From: Phoronis australis
Taxonomy: Eukaryota > Animalia > Phoronida
Assembly (NCBI GenBank): GCA_002633005.1
Contig: NMRA01000413.1
Coordinates: 282,782 to 346,781, forward strand
Length of the DNA: 64,000 nt
Reading direction: 5' to 3'
Below the pieces are notes generated by a model that was given only the letters and a program-made list of their open reading frames with translations, was not told the DNA's origin and searched no databases. Both the position numbers and the translations under genes were made by a program. Of this stretch, positions 38,301 through 49,880 are shown one piece after another. Position 1 is the first letter of the stretch. Every line of letters begins with the position of its first letter.

Positions 38301-41300
38301 AACATTCTCTCTTTTCCTTACAATAATCTTTGTTTTACACAATCGCCCAAGACAAATGAACATTTTATAGAGTCTTAGACTGAAGTAAATGCATTATTGC
38401 GATTATAATTGTAATTACTACACTTAGTATCATGCACAGGCGCTTGGATTTATCGCAAATGACGTCACTCAATAATATATATAAGAAAACATGTTTTCTT
38501 ATATATATATTGTGACGTCATTTGCGATAAACCCAAGCGCCTGTGGTATCATGTTGTCAAAGCTCGTGATAAATAATCTAAATGTTTTAATGCATTACGT
38601 ATGCAGCCATGTAATTACCGTAAGTGTTCAGGTCCGAGGTGCCTGTTGGTTTTGAATAAAAATATCCGCCGACATGACAATAATATTGGTAACTGCATTA
38701 AGTGTGGAGCATGCGGAGTGCATTTCAAAACTCACCTGCCAGTGGAGGTCCAAGTAAGGTGCCAAGTCCACTCGTTAGATTCACCATTCCACATGCAGCA
38801 GTCAACAAGTTCAATCCAACAAATTCTACGAGTAACGGAGTCATCAGCGGAACATATCCGTTGGCATAGAAACCAAAGAAGAAGGCTGCCACCATTTGTC
38901 CCCACAAATAGGGCATTAAGAAAGGTGTTAACAATATCACCACCCCTGTCACGCCTAACGATCCACTATAAACTAACAATACACCAACTCTGCTGTCTGT
39001 CGCCGATGCTGGTATGACAATACGACTTAGGATACTTGATAAGCCGACCATCGACAAAAGAAGGGCTGCTTCCACGAGTGATGTGCCTTGTGTAATGGCG
39101 TATGCCGACAAATGAAGGAAGACAATGAATAATCCTAAATTGACCAAAAAAATGTTGCTCATGAATATGATAACCTTTGTGTTTTTACAGACTTCAAATT
39201 GAAATAGAGGTGCTGCCTTGCTCGATTTGTCCTTAGAATCTAAGCTGGGCGACGATTGAAGAACGTCTTGCGGCAGAGGGCGCAACAAAGCTCCACATAT
39301 ACACAGATGCAGCTGTATGCCTCCGAGCAACAACATAGCTCCTCTCCAATCGTATGTATCTGCAAGACTCTGTATCATAGGGGCGAACAACATGGTCCCA
39401 ACTCCTGATCCAATACTGCTTAGGGCTGTAGCCATGATGCGATACTTGTGGAAATAGAAGGCCACGCAGCATATGAGTGGTGTGTAGCACAATCCAAGGC
39501 CAAATCCTGCGGAATAAATGGAAAAAATACACTAATCAACCCGTAATATATTTGTCAAAGGAATAGCCGGTTTTGTCTTCACTAAAATTACTTCATGTTT
39601 TTTCAGTCACACAGATATTGCGAACAGTGATGAACAATGACGGACACAAAGTTAGTCCCCCATGCAGCGCCATCTTTGTTTTGTTTTTATTGGGAGGAAC
39701 GATTCTAATTATCCAAGCCAAGGCCCTCATCCGATTAGAGTTGACTAATACCTTCAACAGAAAGATTCGCCACATCAAATTTGATATAAATCGGTAAATT
39801 CATCCACCTTGTGTAATCGTTACAGGAAGGAGTAATCAAGTTAAGAAGTGCACATTTTTTTTAAAGCTTGAACCTTGTGTGTTACCTTATTCAGGACCCC
39901 ACTTAGCTTTCATATCTTTGTAGGCAACGTGACACAATTTCACGTTTCAGGGCACATGAGTGTACCGTATGGTCAACGTTGCCACGCGCCAACAGGTTAT
40001 GGAATATGTGCATTTTGATCACGAATCGGCTTGGAATTCAAGGTCAGTCTGCTGAAGGTCATTCAGAATTTCACATAATGTGGTTTGTCTTAATTTCTAA
40101 GCTACCCGAGCATTGTTTAGTAACGTGGCTACGAAATTAAGCTTGGGGACAAATGAGTTAAGGTGGTGCACTTTTGGCCAACTTAAGCAAGATATTTTTG
40201 AAAACTTCAAAATGGTTGCCCAGGCAAATCAATCTTTCATACAAAAAACACGAACCCCAACCTTCAAAACGGGAATCCCGGAGATTGTGTTTTTCGGGAT
40301 TGTTATCTATTTTGAAGATGTGGGAGTCTGTTTTCGACTCCGGGACATCTGTTTTACACCGGGGTTCCTGTTTCGATGGAACACCCTGAAACGCATAGTT
40401 TTAAATGGGTATAGAGTAATTAATTTTGGTTGGCTTTATCAAAGGTGTGTCATAATTACCAATACATGTAGCATAATTTTACAACCAATAAAGGGTTGCC
40501 ATGACAGCGGATATGCCTATTCATTACAAGCATTCAAGGCAAAACCGGGGGTATTGCCATAGAATAGTCACAGCAGGTTAGGGCATTGAGGGACATAGTC
40601 TTTAGGTTGGTTTTTGCCCCAAGACTTGAATCTTTTCCAAGATATTTTTTATTCTACTATAAAAAGAAGTTCATAATTTAGTAGAATGGTTGATAATGAT
40701 CCGCCTGGCTGACGAAGCATTAATATACCACATTGAAAATGTTTGATTATGAAACAGCAAGCCCAATGAATAGTCCTTTGGATTTGACTTATGTTCCCTG
40801 TTATTTCGAACTTGTCAGTGCCTACCACAAATTCCCACCTATTAGTAAGGCTTATATTTGAATAAAAGATTATCCAGTTTTAAATTCTTATATGAAACAC
40901 GTTATTGCAAACTTTGCTTTCCCGTGTAACCTTTTAATTCAATTTTTATGGAACGGTTTTAGTCAAGCAATACGTTGTGATAGTACAGGGCAGAACTGAT
41001 TAGCAAAAAACACAACTGGCAATATATCCGACGAAATGCTATGGTCTTTAAATCGAATACAGGCATATGACTTTATATCCTAGGTCGGTGCCTTTTTCAG
41101 TGTTTTCGGAAAGGCATTATTTCTCCTCAAATGCCATAGTCTTAGACTGGGGAATTTTGTGATATGTTTTAGAAAATGCAATATATTTTTGTTTCAGACA
41201 GTTCGAGATATTTGCGGCACCACCGACTATTTTCATAAAACCAAATACCAGAACTAACTAGTATGCCTTTTTAGTCATACCTAAACACAGCTTAACTGAC

Positions 41301-44300
41301 AAACTCACCTCCAATAATCCCGAAAGTGGCCACGAGATGAAGTGTCGTTTCAGCAAAGAAACTCAGCGCTGACCCAATTGAAGTTAATGCGCCACCTATT
41401 ATTACTGTCCAGCGAAAGCCGACTTTGTTCACAAATATACTCGAAACGGGACCTGCAAAAGGACGCTACACTTCTTACTTCCTGAGTGGTAAACATTTAT
41501 AATCACAAACTCAGTCGAACTCTGAGACTTGACAGCGTAATAAAATGTTTAAGTTTTCGTTTCTGTTGAGCAGCAAGTGATCTTGAACTTTGACCTTTAA
41601 CAATCCGCGCAGCTAGGACCCAGCAAAATCAAGCCAAAGTCATGTATTCTCATTTAAATACACGGCAATATCTCACGTAATCTCGCAAATAGGTAGTTAC
41701 TGATTTACAAGGAAAATCATTATCACGAACACTGGACGGCGGCCATCTTGAAAAATGGCCGCCATCTTGGATTTTCAGGTGGCTAGTCGTACAGATCTCT
41801 TAAGTATGCTATTATGAGTCATCATGGAAAATTTGGTGCTTGTATCATCATTTGCACAATTCTGGTGCATATTTGCACTTATCTGCCCAGCTAAAAGTCT
41901 TGCTTTTTAGCGAGGTCGTAGAGTTGTTGAACGGGAGACTGAATTTTGGTCTTAAGTACTAGGATAGGGAAGTGCCGCCAATTTGGGAGCACGTCCTTTT
42001 GGAGTCCTGAATTCTTGGTGCGAATCCAAGTACCCTTCAGACAAGTGAAAAATGTCAAAAATCTGGTTGTTAATTACTTTTTTAACCTGAATTTTTGGAA
42101 TAGAGAGTGAAAGAACATACGGATTATGGTCTCTTTTCTTGCACGACTGGGAAAGTCGTGAATTTGTGATTTTAGATAATTTTTGGTCAAAATTGCACGT
42201 TTGTGGTCATTTTTGGCACCTTGAAATTTTTTATCGTTGGATGTAGCAAGGCAAAAAGACATGACTTTGTTGATTTTCTTCATTTTTGAGAAACCCAATA
42301 GAGTGTACTCTTTCTCGGTCATGCCTTGTTTCCAGGTGTCCGAGGCAGTTGTGCAAACAAGGGCTCTGATTGAACAAGGCGCCAGGCCAGTGATAAGGTC
42401 AAAATTAGCCAGAGGTACTGTGGTCTTAGTCCTTAGGTCTAATGGACAGTGTATACCCTTAAGGACCGACTACAATATCAGTCATTTAAATCGAACTAAC
42501 AGAGACTAGGAACTAATGGTCGGTCACACCTTAGTGAAACAATAAAAAACGACAGCAAATGACAAGCGCCAGCCAATGAGTGACCAAACAGAATGGTAGT
42601 GAGCAGGGGTGCCGGAGCACGTGACCCCCCCCCCCCCCACANCCCCCCCCCCATAACGTACAGGCGTCAGGAAATTGTGGCAGCAGGCATAGAGGTAGGG
42701 CCAGGGCCATGGGCACTACAGAAAAGAAAGAGAAAGAAGCAGAACACAGAAAATTCAAGAGATCATTTGTTCAGTAACTACCCGTACATAACTTATCCTT
42801 TGGGAGTGCTGGCAAGGACATTTTGTTAGGGAGTCCACTGAGTTTTGCACCATAGATCGTCTAGCACACTTTAAAACGTTTATTCATACATGCACTTCCA
42901 AAACTTCAGAGAAAATCTGCAAAGCACAGATTTTGAAGACCATAAAGTCACTGGATACTTATATTCAAAAAGACAATTTTAGGGCATGCAAAATTAATTC
43001 TCCAGGGACCCCTCTCTGGCAACGGATAATGGAGTCATCTGATGCGCTCTTTATCGTTTGTTTTGATATTTGGGAAAATATGTTGATCATTTGTCTCTCG
43101 ATGACTTGCTAAATAGAAAATCACATACTGAGAGACTAGGATTTGTTCGAGGCAGACGTTTCGGCCTGGTCCGCCAGGCCTTTGTCGATGACTGAAGTAT
43201 TTCCCGCCGTTCACTTGGTAAGGATAAAGGAGAGGTAACTGCACACCACGGTCCCGATTCAAAAGGGGGCGCTGGGTTCTGATTTTGATGGATAACTTTG
43301 ATATTGTTTGTATATGTTTATTCAATAACTAAGCCTTCAACTCTTGTTACAATCAAATCATCAAATACAATACAGGTAATTGCCAAACACTATCAAAAAT
43401 ATGACCTCTTCTTCGCTTGAATGCGAAATGAACATCATTAGTGCATGCGCTGAACATCTTAATCTTACCATATCAGATCTAACATTTACGATGTCCATTA
43501 CATCTAAATAATTTTCAAAACATACGTTTAATTCAAAAATGCTGTACGGGTCTTTCTTTCTCACAATGACAGTAATACTTCAGATGGTGATACAATCGGT
43601 AGAATTAGTTGAATAGCTCAGGGCTGGTTAGGTTGAGATGGCTTGGGATTAGGTGGATTCAACTAATATCAACTAATTCAATTATTCCTACTAATCCCTG
43701 CGCCACCTACGGACAGGTAGATAACGTACATGACGTCATCCACGGGCTGATAATATGTTAGAGACACCAATCACGCATTTCAAGTAATTCAACAATTCCC
43801 ACTAATCGCTGCGCCACCTGCACGGGCAGTTTATAACAAACATGATGTCAACAACAGGCTTGTGTAAGTGGTGATGGCAGGATAAGTTGAGATAAGTTGG
43901 GATCAGTGCTGTAGTGGGGCGTAGGCGCCTGTAGGCGCAGCCAACTACTTTTTGGCATTTGAACGTAGCGCCTATGCACCGTAAGTAACGTTCAATGCTC
44001 AAGGTGATACGATGGGCTTTGGGCGCCTATTTACCTCTAATTTTACCACTACTCCACTGGTTGTGATTACTTGGGTACAACTAAACATGCTGACATGTAT
44101 GGATTTTGGAGCTCACTTTTAACTCATAAACTAATAACTACCACTGGAATGAACCAAAATACATGTTAACACTATTAAACTCAGAAAATTTCTTGGGAGA
44201 GGACCCTGTCTCCCATGCTCAACCCGGTTGCCCGTCAACACCTGGTTACTTGCAACTGTTCGGGGGTGTCCGTCTTTTTATGACTATACTAGCCTTAGTC

Positions 44301-45321
44301 CACAGCGTGGTTGGTCCATAGTTATTGGTAAGATGGTCGCTGATACGATTACATTGATTATAGTTGACTATAGCTCGAGAAGTGAAAAAGGTTCTAGAGA
44401 AAATGACTTCAAGAAGTTAATAAATTTGGGGGTATGTCGGGTTCGGAAGGAATTTTGAGGATTGCATTGTTGCGTTTTTGTGTACATCTTGTGAATGAAT
44501 AAAGTGGATTTACTTGACTGTGTGTTTACTTTTTTCAGAAGAGCTCCCTCCTATAGCATTTGACCAGTGTTATCTACCAGCTGCAATTTCAGGAACCCCT
44601 TAAACGGTCTTGAAGATTGCAAACATCACTTGATTGGTAGCCCTTTTTGGTCACAATTTTGAATTCAGAATCTATTGCCGGGTTATGTTGAGTATTGACA
44701 AGGAAGTGGTATTTTTTGAAAACCAACGATTTAGTATTTTGTCTGTATTTTTGGGAGCCCGCATTTCGGTTCAGAGGTGTAGGGCTAAATATGCGACAGA
44801 ATCAAGATTCAGTGGACATCAGTAGTGTTTTTGAGAAGAAATATAGCAAAACTGTGCACTCTATGCAATTCGGACAGTTTTCAACAGAAAGGTGGGGCGA
44901 TCTGTATGCAACCATACATACAACGCGTAGATGTTCAATAGTGGTACAATGAACGGCTATCTCATTTATTCGATTCAAGTGAAGTTACATTCCGTTCACA
45001 TCCTCAAAGTGGATCGTTTCTCTAAGCATGCACCAAACTGTGCTGCAGTTTATTTTCAGAACGCAGAAATTAATGACGATCTCTGATCAACTTACCAACG
45101 CTTGAGATTAGGCAAGCGCTCACTGCACCAATCCAGGCGGTGTTTCCTTTCGTATCATGAAAGGCGTCTAAGAAGAGCACGTTCAATACCCCAACGTTGA
45201 AACAGCTTCCCCACATTATGGCATTTCCAATACATCCGGCAACAAGCACGACCCAAGCCCAGCCGCGGTCAATAGGTAGCGACCTTGAATTGTGATTATC
45301 TGGTAGGCCTTCGCCGTCCAT
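35028..45321 (-). CDS. SLC16: Monocarboxylate transporter family (SLC16, MFS) protein, 5 coding exons: complement(join(35028..35365,35670..35720,38736..39506,41309..41452,45096..45321)), about 509 aa
   Basis: SLC16 TM1 signature PIDRGWAWVVL; YFHKYRIMATALSSIGSG; YDWRGAMLLLGG; CGALLRP; LGPPLAGWIYDGT. Exon lengths 226+144+771+51+338=1530 nt; all introns are phase 1 and GT-AG. The paralog cannot be assigned from the sequence alone. Confidence 0.9.
35557..35630. mobile_element. Small MITE with 5-bp TSD
   Basis: CATGGGCGGTGCA...TGCGCCGCCCATG flanked by ACAGT/ACAGT. Confidence 0.7.
35670..35720 (-). CDS. SLC16: SLC16 coding exon 4 (51 nt, not in the ORF track)
   Basis: tatttcag| GWIYDGTSHYKYGFYFA G|gtaaga; fits the MCT pattern G-x-x-x-D-x-T-x-x-Y after GPPLAG. 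Confidence 0.87.
35940..36500. repeat. Diverged ~140-bp tandem repeat, about 4 copies
   Basis: GAG(C/G)TAGATCAA recurs at 36057, 36199, 36336 and 36478, together with TGCCAGACAA..GTGGTGGG blocks. Confidence 0.8.
36500..37590 (+). mobile_element. Decayed Crypton-type (DUF3504) tyrosine recombinase ORF inside the SLC16 intron
   Basis: Fragments across frames: FADWLGENNENRKL, YEPDTLTSFHRAIDRHLKEIGY, NFGLRDSHESRQLQW, EYIQFNERETKTR, RCPVATYKAY, KTNHSVRR, SGYKNVASLNNY, GIFTGAVINGG. Stops and frameshifts present. Confidence 0.8.
38435..38545. mobile_element. 111-bp near-perfect palindromic MITE with 8-bp TSD
   Basis: CACAGGCGCTTGGATTTATCGCAAATGACGTCAC...GTGACGTCATTTGCGATAAACCCAAGCGCCTGTG, flanked by GTATCATG on both sides. 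Confidence 0.88.
38736..39506 (-). CDS. SLC16: SLC16 coding exon 3
   Basis: ttccgcag| GFGLGLCYTP...LLGPPLA G|gtgagt; matches ORF 38725..39492. Confidence 0.92.
41309..41452 (-). CDS. SLC16: SLC16 coding exon 2 (144 nt, not in the ORF track)
   Basis: ttttgcag| GPVSSIFVNKVGFRWTVIIGGALTSIGSALSFFAETTLHLVATFGIIG G|gtgagt. Confidence 0.9.
41690..41893. mobile_element. 204-bp TAG...CTA element (Academ-like) nested in a MITE
   Basis: Interrupts the host at TCTCGCAAA|AAAGTCTTG relative to the uninterrupted copy near 18690. 3-bp TSD AAA and termini TAG..CTA, but the TIRs match poorly. Confidence 0.55.
43100..43295 (-). mobile_element. Penelope-like retroelement 3' remnant (end of GIY-YIG endonuclease plus hammerhead-like motif)
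   Basis: SIKIRTQRPLLNRDRGVQLPLLY resembles the Penelope endonuclease C-terminal E-x-I-x-I-R..P-x-LNRD-x-G motif; a hammerhead-like fold follows immediately. Confidence 0.65.
43148..43194 (-). ncRNA. Variant minimal hammerhead-ribozyme-like motif
   Basis: Minus strand reads CAGTCA-TCGACAA-A-GGCCTGG-cgga-CCAGGCC-GAAA-CGTC-TGCCT: a 7-bp stem II, GAAA, palindromic ACGT and a GTC cleavage triplet. Confidence 0.5.
43904..44059. mobile_element. hAT-type MITE, copy 1
   Basis: TIR CAGTGCTGTAGTGG / CCACTACTCCACTG; TSD GTTGGGAT/GTTGTGAT (1 mismatch); paralogous to 49728-49880. Confidence 0.82.
45096..45321 (-). CDS. SLC16: SLC16 coding exon 1
   Basis: MDGEG...DRGWAWVVL...TAWIGAVSACLISSV; donor G|gtaagt; the ATG is directly preceded by ttccag. 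Confidence 0.88.
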
Positions 45322-48300
45322 CTGGAACCCAATGGATATACAAGTGCATGTTATTGAAAAGCGTTTCTACGTACATTACGGCTGGGTGGCACTGGGTTGC
45401 ACAAAACTTCATAACTTATCCTCTGGAAAATTTTTATTGTTTCATGGTGTCCTTCAACAGTCACGTGATGCGTGATAATGAGACGTCGTTGTGGCTTTGC
45501 AGCTTAAACTTTTATGCAACGGAGTCTTGAAATACTAATTGTCAGTTTGCACCATAAATTTCCGCCATAGGAAGCAGTGGCGCATCTAAAGTTAGTTTGG
45601 AGTCCAAAAGCTAGATTGATCATCTTTGGGGCCGGCCTTGCTATCGGAATCAGTCGGCTATTGGAGGCTCCTGCGGTCGACATTCATTTGACACCGCATT
45701 GCAGTCGCTCAACGCTTCTAGCAGCCACTACCAATACCGATGTTTTGTAGTGGTTTCAAAGCGTTATATTGTACATAACGAGGTGAAAATTTCGGCAATA
45801 TTTTGCTAATAAAACTTGTGACTACGTTTGCGTAAACCTGGGGGTTTCGTCGACAAAAAGCGCATTCGACACCGCATTTCTCTGCATATGAAACAAAACA
45901 TGTGTCCTTATTAAACTCTGTAGAAGTTGTTGAAGAATTTGTTCTTCTGGAAAACACGCTAAAAGTGAATTGTTTTATGACTGCAATAGACGGCACTTGG
46001 TGTAAATTTGGGTTGGCAAGCAGTTGTTAACGATGACGCCTCTGTGACATTTTTATTAATTTTTGTTGGTTGTATCAATAGATCAAGACCAATATCGTGA
46101 AGCTGGAATACAAAAACTTCCATGTAGTGTCGAACTGATCTCGATGACAACTTCGAATTGAAAGTTTGCTTGCGCGTACGTCACAAGAAATAACTGGGAC
46201 TCTCTCGGTCAATGTTATATCAACCATTTGTGAGGCTTCGCAGCTGATTGTTTCTTCCTGAGGCCCATGAAAGTTCAGTAGAAGTCATGTAATTGAGTGA
46301 CGTCTACAATGGGGATCTCTGTTTGCCTAGATTGTTTCCGTCTTCAAAGAATTCCGTCATTAAACCACCAACGTTGGTGTCACAAGTTGTCCGTGAGTTT
46401 AGTTTAAAAGGAAGCTTTCTGCTTTGCGGTTGCGCGTGGATGGAGAGAGAGTGATTAAATTCAGTAATTCTTTTTTACTTAATAACCACTAGTCAATGCA
46501 AGCGAAACCTGTTCTTAATTAATTAAACTAACAATGAAAAAGAGTAATTACGCTAGCGCCCTCCGTAAGGATAACTTCAATCAATTAACCATAAACAATC
46601 AAGCGTCTTGTCTGCTGTCCAATTGATACTCGTTGGATGACAGTCCTGTTAGTTGATCCCCGTAAACACACACTGTACTGAGACAGTGTACTTGCTGGTC
46701 ACAGTCTTTCGTGACGCGACGACACGTGTAGGCAGAACCTTACTATCAACGATGCATGTGGCAAGCTCTTAGTTAAAGTCCTTCTCTCACGCGTTGTTAA
46801 CCCTTATTACATAGTTAGAAGATGTTATAAGGATCCAAGAAGTACCTACCCCATAACTAATACACGATCCGTACTAGAACGCGCCACTCACGATTCGCAC
46901 CCGAAGAAACACCGCCATTTTGAACTTGCCGCGTACCCGGAAGTACAATTCATTCAGGAACCCAGGCCGAGAAAACGCCGTCGGTGCGACTGGAGCAGTG
47001 CCTGTACTGTAGCCAGCAAACGGGGATAAAAAAAATCGACAGCGCGCCTTAATTTTGATAAAATCAAACTACGGAAACTTTTATGGAATTTGCTGAAGAA
47101 ATGTGGCTAATAAATTTTGACAGCCCATCGGACCGGTGCGGATCGAGACCAGACACTGGCGAACGGTAAATGCATGCGGTTGCAAGCTGTTTTGTCGAAG
47201 TAAAATGGTCAAATGATAAATGCTGCATATATTCAAGGGTAGTTTCAGACACTTGCATGAAATTACGGGCTGGTTAGTCCTGTGTCACATTGCCGCGGCA
47301 AACCTTAGTTAGCCTCAGTCACCCGCCAGCTACCAGTGAAGACTATAGTCAAAATACAGCTTGTTAGTAGGCCTATACAGCTTTGCGCCAACACTATCCT
47401 TAGGCCTAACTGTTCGCTGGCCACAAACACAAAAAACACGAAAATTGAACAAAGTTTCTTTTTTGTAGCAACGTTTGTCAAAATGTATCAACGTTAACTT
47501 TTCACAAATTACAAAGTAGCCGATTGAACATGCCTTTCAGTTCAGCAAAAGTCGACATTGTAGGTGCCGCCAGAAATGAGACGAAGTCCAACGGGAATTG
47601 TGAGCACATTTATCACTTAATGAGTAACAACTGCAAGGCTGAAATTTGGTGAACACTACTAAATCGTGCAGAATAGTAAGTAAAGATATGTCTAACTAAA
47701 GTTCACCGTAATTTGTTGGCGAAAAAAGTTTTAAACTCGTAACTCATCCCGCTGTCCTCCAATATGGCCGACGCGATCCAAACAAAGTGACCCAAATTTC
47801 GCCACAAAACTTGCAATAACTTTACAGTGCTTGCCCCGATTTTGATACTTTTTCGATTTTTACTGAGTAGAATGTACTACCTTTCCGATGATAGCAAAGT
47901 ACTTTTTCAAAACGAGGAAAAAAATAAAACCGAAAAAAATTGGTTCGACCCATATTGGTTCCTAGGTTCGACCGGCCTACGTAAGGAACTAAACACCAAT
48001 GCTATTTTAACATACTAAGTACGCGTAACATTCCAAAAAAATCAACGACCACTAACTACAAACTATAAATACACTACATATGCAAACGAATCACGATATA
48101 TTACTAATAAAACAAAATAATGAAGACTTTTCGAGCAAGCCATAGCACATTCAGTTACAAGGAAAAAATGGCGGCGTTCAGGACAAGTTCCTGAACTGAT
48201 GAGCCGGAAATGTGGGTACGGAAATAACCGATGACAACCGGTAATCATATGCTCAGAGAGAAGGGTCAAATACTGTTAAAAATCGCTTTTGGCAAGAAAG

Positions 48301-49727
48301 GCGAAAAGAATATAAAGAAAGGGTGTCGAAAATAAGAATTTATGTAATAAGTATTTTCGGATACTGGAACCACATGGGCAGTTTGCAAGAAGGACTTTAA
48401 CTCCCTGTTCGTTAAGGTCTAAGACCCCAGTACAGGCACTTTTAGCTCCCCCAAAAATGAATAAGATGGGGTGGGTTGGGTTTGACGGCAGTTTTGTGGA
48501 CTAAAGGGGAAGTGATTGCCGCAGATGGTATTCAGTAGTTTCTTGAAGTTCTTTTGAGTAAACGACTCCAGAACTTTGGCCTGTGCTCTTGTCTACTAGG
48601 ATACGGAAGTGCCTCCATTTTGAGAGCACATCCTTTTTCAGTTTTTATCAGTTAAAATAGTACCCGGACAAACTTCAAAATAAAACCATTTATTCTGATA
48701 AGGTGCTAATACCTCACAGTTTACGCATCAGGAAAAATAAAAAATAGACAACCTGTTCATTTGAGCAATAAAATGTTATTCTAAATTACGACCCATGGAA
48801 GTTTGTCGGGTGAATAGCAAAAATCTGATTATTTAGCCGACAAGGATATGTGGTGTTGTCCAATGCTTTGTCGGTTCAATAGAAAAACACTGGCTTATTT
48901 GGCGAACTTGTCGGTTAAATAGCGTCGGTCGTTGCGATATGCCTTGTGATTTGCATCTCCCACTAACTCGCGCTTATAGCATGATCTGGCCTCGCGAGCG
49001 AAATAGCACGAAAAAACTTTCCGTTAAATTCATGGAACTTCCAACAGCGGGCGCAATAATTTTGTGCAATACTCACTGTAAAAGTTGACGCTCTCAATTC
49101 TTCGTCAGAATGACGACGACTTGTTCTGTCAGAATTTGTACTCCTCTGCTCGATTTGTCTGTAGTACCGACGGACACAGTTCTCTGCAGCATTTCTTGAG
49201 TTGGGGTTCGTCTCCGTTTGAATGAACGTGGATATAAAATTTGCCGCCGAAGATGGCTCCGTTTAAGAAGTTGTTTGCATGTCCTTCCCACTAGGAGTAC
49301 GCACAGTCGCTGCACACGATTTGACAATCGTAAACTTGCCACCTTCAAGGAATTTCGGCACTGTTTGGTTTAGTGTTTTGCAGACGATAAAATGTAAGGC
49401 GTATGTATTTCCACTTTGTGCTACTTTGTGATTCGCCTATGTAATATCAAAGAAATTACGTATGCATACTCGGTGTTATTAACCAGTCATGTTGTAACAC
49501 ATTCCAGGTCATGTGAGAAATGTACTAATGGAAACAGACCTTTATTTGAGATTTGGAAAAACGTCATAGTGGCGGTCATTTCAATCTCTTTTAGGCTAGG
49601 TATGGGTCATTCGCATTATTATTAATTATAAGCGCAGATGTATCAAAGGTGAAACAAGAATGAATTGTACATATGATAATACGGGCGCAACCGCGGGAGG
49701 CACAACGGGTTCATGACCTCTGTTTAC

Positions 49728-49880
49728 CAGTGCTGTAGTGGGGCGTAGGCGCACGTAGGCGCAGCCAACCACCTTTTGGGGATTTGAACGTAGCGCTTAC
49801 GCACCGTACGACAAGTGCTCAAGGTGATACGGTGGGCTTTAGGTGCCTACTTACCTCTAATTTTTTCCACTACAGCACTG
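49728..49880. mobile_element. hAT-type MITE, copy 2
   Basis: Perfect 14-bp TIR CAGTGCTGTAGTGG / CCACTACAGCACTG and perfect 8-bp TSD CTGTTTAC. Confidence 0.88.

Noticed and set aside
48195-48235. CTGATGA...GAAA as a second hammerhead
   Set aside because: Stem II does not close correctly before GAAA, and no stem I/III or cleavage triplet could be formed.
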